This document shows positions 28,819-33,135 of a DNA stretch of 33,135 nt, piece by piece (the stretch's first letter is position 1; every line of letters begins with the position of its first letter). The notes beneath the pieces are model-generated. The model was not told the origin of the DNA. It made no database searches and saw only the letters and a list, made by a program, of their open reading frames with translations. This stretch comes from an uncultured euryarchaeote (lineage in GTDB: Archaea; Thermoplasmatota; Poseidoniia; Poseidoniales; Thalassarchaeaceae): assembly GCA_937144695.1 (NCBI GenBank), contig CAKZRH010000082.1:1-33135 (forward strand), in the 5' to 3' direction. A program made the translations under genes and the position numbers.

Positions 28819-31473
28819 TCACTCTGTTATATCTGATTTATTGCTAGTCAGATTTAGGTCGTTTGAAGCTTTTGCGAAGGTACCTTCTGGAATTTCTTTT
28901 TCTTGCTCTAAAGTAGAAAGAGCTGCACCAACTATACTATTAGTATCAATTTCAAAGAATTTTCTAAGATTTTCTCTAGTATCAGATCTTCCGAATCCAT
29001 CTGTTCCTAATACCGTATATCTACCCCCAATCCATCTTTGAATCATTTCTGGAATGGCAGCAATATAGTCTGACACAGCAACCGTGGGAATTTTATCGCC
29101 AAAACATTTTGATACATGTGGCAATTCTTCATCGAGATTTAACCTAATATTTCTTTCATGATTTAGACCAAATCTCCTCAACTCACCATATGATGTTACC
29201 GACCAAACTTCGGAATCAATATTGTATTCTTTATGCAAAGTTTCTGATGCTTCAAGTACATACTGAAGAATAGGTCCTGAACCCAATAGTCTGATTTGAA
29301 TATTTTTTTCTGATTGGAATGATTGGATCTTATATGCTCCTTGAATAATATCATTATCAACTCCACTAGGTTTTTTTGGTTGCTGTTGATTTTCATTGTA
29401 TAACATAATGTAATGAATGACATCCTTATTTTGATTCCACATCTCATCCATTCCATGGTTAATTATTACAGCTAATTCGTAAGCGAAGGCGGGATCCCAA
29501 GCCTTGCAGTAAGGCACAGTAGAGGCTGTGAGTAAACTATGACCATCCTGATGTTGGAGTCCTTCTCCGTTAAGAGTTGTCCTTCCAGCAGTTGCACCCA
29601 TTAGGAATCCTCTAGATCTTGCATCCGATGCTGCCCAAACTTGATCTCCTACTCTTTGAAATCCGAACATCGAATAAAATGTATAAAATGGCATAGTTGG
29701 CGAGTTTGAATGCGAATAAGAAGTTGATGATGCAATCCATGTAGCCATTGAGTTAGCTTCTGAAATTCCCTCTTGTATTATCTGCCCAGACTGAGATTCC
29801 TTATACCTAAGTAGCATACTATGATCTACAGGAGTATACTGTTGACCTTTAAGTGAGAATATTTCGAACTCACTAAAAAGTGGGTCCATCCCAAAAGTTC
29901 TACCTTCATCAGGTATAATTGGGACTACCCGATTTCCAATTTCAGACTTTAGTAAATTTCTTAGAAGTCGCACGAAAGCCATAGTTGTAGAAACCCGCTG
30001 CCCTTCTCTAGTTCCATTATCGAATTCTGAAAATACAGACCAATCAGGTAATTTAATGTCTATTTTCTGAGCTATCCTTTTCGGTAAGAATCCACCTAAT
30101 TTCTTCCTCTTTTCAAGTAAATATTCTATAATTTCTGAATCCTGTTCGGGTATATAGAACGGAGATTTTTCTAGTTCTTCGTCTCCAATCGGGATCCCTA
30201 GCGTGTTTCTGTAATCAATTAAATCTTCTAAATTCATTTTCTTTTTCTGATGAGAAGAATTTCTACCCTCGAAAGAATCTATGCCCCAACCCTTCACAGT
30301 GTGAGCAAGTATTACCGCGGGACCTTTGGCATTCTCAGCTGCTTTAAATGCAGAATAGACTTTCTTTGGATCATGGCCACCTCTCCTTAATTTTAAGACA
30401 TCATTATTGGAAACTAATGAAGACATTGCTTCTAATTCCTTATTCCCTGAGAAAAGCTCTGATTTGAATTCATCAGGTTCTAGTGTACTCATTCTTTGCC
30501 AGTCACCATCCGTAATTTCTTCCATTCTGGTTAGAAGTTTGCCATCGGTATCTAGACGTAGTATTTTTTCCCATTCAGTGCTCCAAAGAACTTTGATTAC
30601 TGTCCATCCTGCTCCCCTGTATAGTCCTTCTAATTCTTGAATTATTTTGGAATTCCCCCTCACAGGACCATCAAGACGTTGAAGATTACAATTTACAACT
30701 GTAATCAAATTATCTAGATTTTCTCTTCCAGCAATTGCAATAGAGGCAATCGATTCTGGTTCATCCATTTCACCATCTCCTAAGAAGGCGAAGACCCTAC
30801 TATCCGAGGTATCTGCTAATCCTCTATGATGAAGATATTTCCAAAATCTAGCTTGCATTACAGCTCCCAGCGGTCCGAGGCCCATAGAAACAGTAGGATA
30901 TTCCCAAAATTCGGGCATTAATCTGGGATGAGGATACGAAGATAACCCGTCACCAGATGACTCCAAGCGAAAATTCAGTACTTGATCTAAAGTTATTCTA
31001 CCTTCTAACAAGGCTCTAGAGTAAATCCCGGGACTTGCATGACCTTGGAAATAGATTGCATCTCCAATACCATTGAATTCCTTACCTCTGAATATGTGAT
31101 TGAATGCTACCTCGTATAATGTGGAGCTTGAGGAGTATGTTGAGATGTGCCCACCAATACCATCATTTCTTCTATTTGCATCGGAAACCATTACTGCTGC
31201 ATTCCATAAAATAATATTTTGAATTTTAGATTCTATGTCAAGATTTCCTGGATAAGGCGAATCTTGGTCTACAGAAATGGAGTTTGCATATGGAGAAATA
31301 GGTGAGTTTTTTATTGGGATAGATAAATCCTGTGCTTCATTCATTAATTCATGAAGTAAGAATCTCGCTCTATTGATTCCGTGCGTAGAGGCCACTGACC
31401 TTAGGGATTCTAACCACTCAATTGTTTCATCTGGGTCAGAATCTGGTAAATTTTGACGGATGTTTGATGGCAT
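28819..31473 (-). CDS. aceE: Pyruvate dehydrogenase E1 component, homodimeric (AceE) type
   Basis: 884 aa with ATG at 31473 and GAGGT 8 nt upstream. It is colinear with E. coli AceE throughout (DPDETIEWLESL vs DPIETRDWLQAI; YFQGHASPGIY; FLGDGEMDEPES; NCNLQRLDGPVRGN; RGGHDPKK; TLNGEGLQHQDGHS; LGTDGFGRSD). Confidence 0.95.
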   Translation of the reverse strand: MPSNIRQNLPDSDPDETIEWLESLRSVASTHGINRARFLLHELMNEAQDLSIPIKNSPISPYANSISVDQDSPYPGNLDIESKIQNIILWNAAVMVSDANRRNDGIGGHISTYSSSSTLYEVAFNHIFRGKEFNGIGDAIYFQGHASPGIYSRALLEGRITLDQVLNFRLESSGDGLSSYPHPRLMPEFWEYPTVSMGLGPLGAVMQARFWKYLHHRGLADTSDSRVFAFLGDGEMDEPESIASIAIAGRENLDNLITVVNCNLQRLDGPVRGNSKIIQELEGLYRGAGWTVIKVLWSTEWEKILRLDTDGKLLTRMEEITDGDWQRMSTLEPDEFKSELFSGNKELEAMSSLVSNNDVLKLRRGGHDPKKVYSAFKAAENAKGPAVILAHTVKGWGIDSFEGRNSSHQKKKMNLEDLIDYRNTLGIPIGDEELEKSPFYIPEQDSEIIEYLLEKRKKLGGFLPKRIAQKIDIKLPDWSVFSEFDNGTREGQRVSTTMAFVRLLRNLLKSEIGNRVVPIIPDEGRTFGMDPLFSEFEIFSLKGQQYTPVDHSMLLRYKESQSGQIIQEGISEANSMATWIASSTSYSHSNSPTMPFYTFYSMFGFQRVGDQVWAASDARSRGFLMGATAGRTTLNGEGLQHQDGHSLLTASTVPYCKAWDPAFAYELAVIINHGMDEMWNQNKDVIHYIMLYNENQQQPKKPSGVDNDIIQGAYKIQSFQSEKNIQIRLLGSGPILQYVLEASETLHKEYNIDSEVWSVTSYGELRRFGLNHERNIRLNLDEELPHVSKCFGDKIPTVAVSDYIAAIPEMIQRWIGGRYTVLGTDGFGRSDTRENLRKFFEIDTNSIVGAALSTLEQEKEIPEGTFAKASNDLNLTSNKSDITE

Positions 31474-31547
31474 GTGAATCTACCTCGCCTCGTTGGATAT
31501 AATGGCCACTAAACTCTATTTATTCAATGTTAGAGTACTATATTTTA

Positions 31548-32159
31548 TTATCCTGAGTTTTTATCTGGTCCTATGGTTATCAAATAACACTCATGATTAG
31601 TTCTAACTCCTGCTACAGTGATTTGGGAATCTCCCTCAACGTGCCTCATTCCATTCCATCTTTGAACTGTACTAAAAACAGTGTTTCTTCCAGGCAGATT
31701 ATTAGGGTCAACTTTTATTTCTATGGTAATCTTTTCTACTTCTCCTAGCCATTTTAAAGCCGAGTTAATACTCTTATTCGCAATTCCATGTCTTTGTTCG
31801 GAGCTTCTAACCCAATAACCTAGATTCCAATAAGCTTGTTTTGATCTAGTCACTCTATCGAATCCTACTACTCCTAGGATATAATTGTCCCAAGGCCTAA
31901 TCATCACCCAATGATGAAGGAGTCCCGATCGACCTCGATTTTCTGTTTCTTGAATAAAATCTCTAATCTGATCAGAAATCGATTTATCTGGATTAATCCA
32001 TGGCATTGCCCTCATCACATCTGGCCAGGTCTCCTCGAATGCTTCGACTATTTCTGCTATGTGAGACTTTGAAGCTGGTCTTAGAACCAGCCCCTCATCC
32101 ACTCGAATGGTGGAGGTGGCTCGTCTCTGCATCATTCTCGGGGAAGGGTCCCCCCGCAT
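31548..32159 (-). CDS. GNAT-family N-acetyltransferase (RimJ/RimL-like)
   Basis: LVLRPASKSHIAEIVEAF...LGVVGFDRV....AYWNLGYWVRSSEQRHGIANKSINSALKWL fits the Acetyltransf_3 / RimJ-like pattern. The start could be ATG 32159 or the internal ATGs at 32135 and 32132. Confidence 0.75.
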   Translation of the reverse strand: MRGDPSPRMMQRRATSTIRVDEGLVLRPASKSHIAEIVEAFEETWPDVMRAMPWINPDKSISDQIRDFIQETENRGRSGLLHHWVMIRPWDNYILGVVGFDRVTRSKQAYWNLGYWVRSSEQRHGIANKSINSALKWLGEVEKITIEIKVDPNNLPGRNTVFSTVQRWNGMRHVEGDSQITVAGVRTNHECYLITIGPDKNSG

Positions 32160-32181
32160 CAGTTCTGCGTCGACATCTAGG

Positions 32182-33102
32182 TTATGAAATCAGTTTCTCA
32201 CTTGCTCGAACTAGGTCTGGGTCATCTGGATGTAATTTTATCGCAGATTCCACCATCCTCCTCGCTTCTGAATTCCTACCAATCGACATTAGTAGCCTTC
32301 CTACTGAATACACCAATGAGGTCCTGTTCCCCAGATGAGGACCTACTTCATCCAATAGTACGGTGGCTTGGGCTGTATTCTGCTCCTTTGCTGATCTGAT
32401 TGCAGATTGCAATTGTTTGATTATTTCTGCAGCGGGCCATTCTTCTTGTTGCTGCCAAGGCCAAAAAGTAGGGGGCTCTTCAGAGTGCTCATTTGGTTCT
32501 GGAGGAGTTTCTTGTTGAGGGATGACTGGGGCCGAGGGCAACTTTGGTATTGTTTCTGGCGGGGTTGCGACTCTTTCCTCTTGTATTGGAAGAGAGGTGA
32601 TCTTGGGAGCAGAGAATGAAGGAGCAGAAGGTATTTGCGGAGAGTTGTCCGTTTCTGTGGACTCTGTGGAGAATGCCGCTTCGAATTCGTCAATCCTACC
32701 ATCTCCATCGAAGTCTTCTGACTCCAATTGTGTTTGATTAGGAAGTGGCACACCACTCTCCTCTGCATCGATTAATTCACTTGGAGGTGAAGGCTGTACG
32801 AACCTTGGTGTTTCAGAGTTTGGTTGAATTAACTCGATTTGTCTCTGCTTAATAATTTCCTCTTCTTCTGGTAAATCCTTTGGAACCTCAAACTTCTGGA
32901 CAAATTGGGGGATGTCTTCTGCAGTTAGTTCGTATTCCTCATCGACATCTTCCTCTGAAGGGGCCATTGAGTCGAAGTCTGGCTTTCTATCGAGTACGAT
33001 TTCTTCTCCATCCCCGTATTGTGAAACCTCGACTGTTAAGTCATCCAATGCGAATGAAGGCGGCGTGATTTCCTCCTCCTCCTCATGTTCAATCTCGGAC
33101 AT
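32182..33102 (-). CDS. Acidic, proline-rich, probably disordered protein with one canonical EF-hand loop and a C-terminal TPR-like helical region. It is possibly longer, because the reading frame is open to the right window edge.
   Basis: 306 aa from ATG 33102. The in-frame sequence 33103-33135 (EDESTDLLDQL) has no stop. DFDGDGRIDEFE occupies residues 130-141. The C-terminus is ...VYSVGRLLMSIGRNSEARRMVESAIKLHPDDPDLVRASEKL. No TM segment is present. Confidence 0.7.
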   Translation of the reverse strand: MSEIEHEEEEEITPPSFALDDLTVEVSQYGDGEEIVLDRKPDFDSMAPSEEDVDEEYELTAEDIPQFVQKFEVPKDLPEEEEIIKQRQIELIQPNSETPRFVQPSPPSELIDAEESGVPLPNQTQLESEDFDGDGRIDEFEAAFSTESTETDNSPQIPSAPSFSAPKITSLPIQEERVATPPETIPKLPSAPVIPQQETPPEPNEHSEEPPTFWPWQQQEEWPAAEIIKQLQSAIRSAKEQNTAQATVLLDEVGPHLGNRTSLVYSVGRLLMSIGRNSEARRMVESAIKLHPDDPDLVRASEKLIS

Positions 33103-33135
33103 GAGTTGGTCCAGGAGATCTGTAGATTCATCCTC

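Noticed and set aside
32184-33068. Several ORFs on either strand overlapping the acidic protein gene (32184..32399 +, 32407..32619 +, 32421..32768 -, 32522..32737 +, 32880..33068 +), and 32000..32338 + over the GNAT gene
   Set aside because: Higher local G+C reduces stop-codon frequency in all frames. These ORFs are short, have no motifs, and overlap longer ORFs that carry recognisable features (EF-hand loop, TPR-like tail, GNAT motifs).
1-33135. Search by eye for tRNA/rRNA genes, CRISPR arrays, IS elements or integrases, toxin-antitoxin pairs and known defence genes
   Set aside because: No cloverleaf-like GC-rich segments, no spaced direct repeats, and no transposase, integrase or recombinase-like ORFs were found. 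Intergenic space is almost nil apart from 623-903. Absence by eye is not proof, and tRNAscan, Infernal and defence-system HMM scans should confirm it.

Overview
AT-rich, very tightly packed chromosomal segment that is archaeal. The ribosomal cluster has the archaeal order S13-S4-S11-RNA polymerase subunit D, with archaeal-type S4 and S13 N-termini and GAGGTGA Shine-Dalgarno sites. It probably comes from an uncultured marine planktonic euryarchaeon (Marine Group II/III-like), but that is inference from composition and gene content only. I can support 20 protein-coding genes. I recognise no rRNA, tRNA, CRISPR array, transposase or integrase. Left to right: (1) a cell-surface block on the - strand holding a secreted TSP3-like calcium-binding repeat protein with a (GQ)n tract (partial, absent from the ORF track), a small zinc-ribbon membrane protein, and a 2853-aa beta-propeller/Fn3-like giant surface protein with a C-terminal TM anchor and a 117-aa polyacidic tail; (2) convergent maeB and pckA; (3) one + strand block of a roughly 1250-aa protein with about three dozen TM segments, a membrane-anchored FKBP-like protein, a SAM methyltransferase, rps13-rps4-rps11-rpoD and a GHMP kinase; (4) on the - strand, a bacterial-type leuS followed by a CDIN1/C15orf41-like TPD (PD-(D/E)XK) nuclease-fold protein; (5) an MBL-fold hydrolase; (6) a - strand block of an acidic EF-hand/TPR protein, a GNAT, a bacterial-type homodimeric pyruvate dehydrogenase E1 (aceE) with no E2/E3 in the window, and a small LETM1-like protein. 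I see no clear self-contained novel system such as a defence island. The best candidates for follow-up are the surface module at 1-9873, the giant polytopic membrane protein operon, the archaeal CDIN1-like nuclease, and the aceE plus LETM1-like pair. All family assignments come from motif and colinearity recognition by eye and need HMM or structure confirmation.
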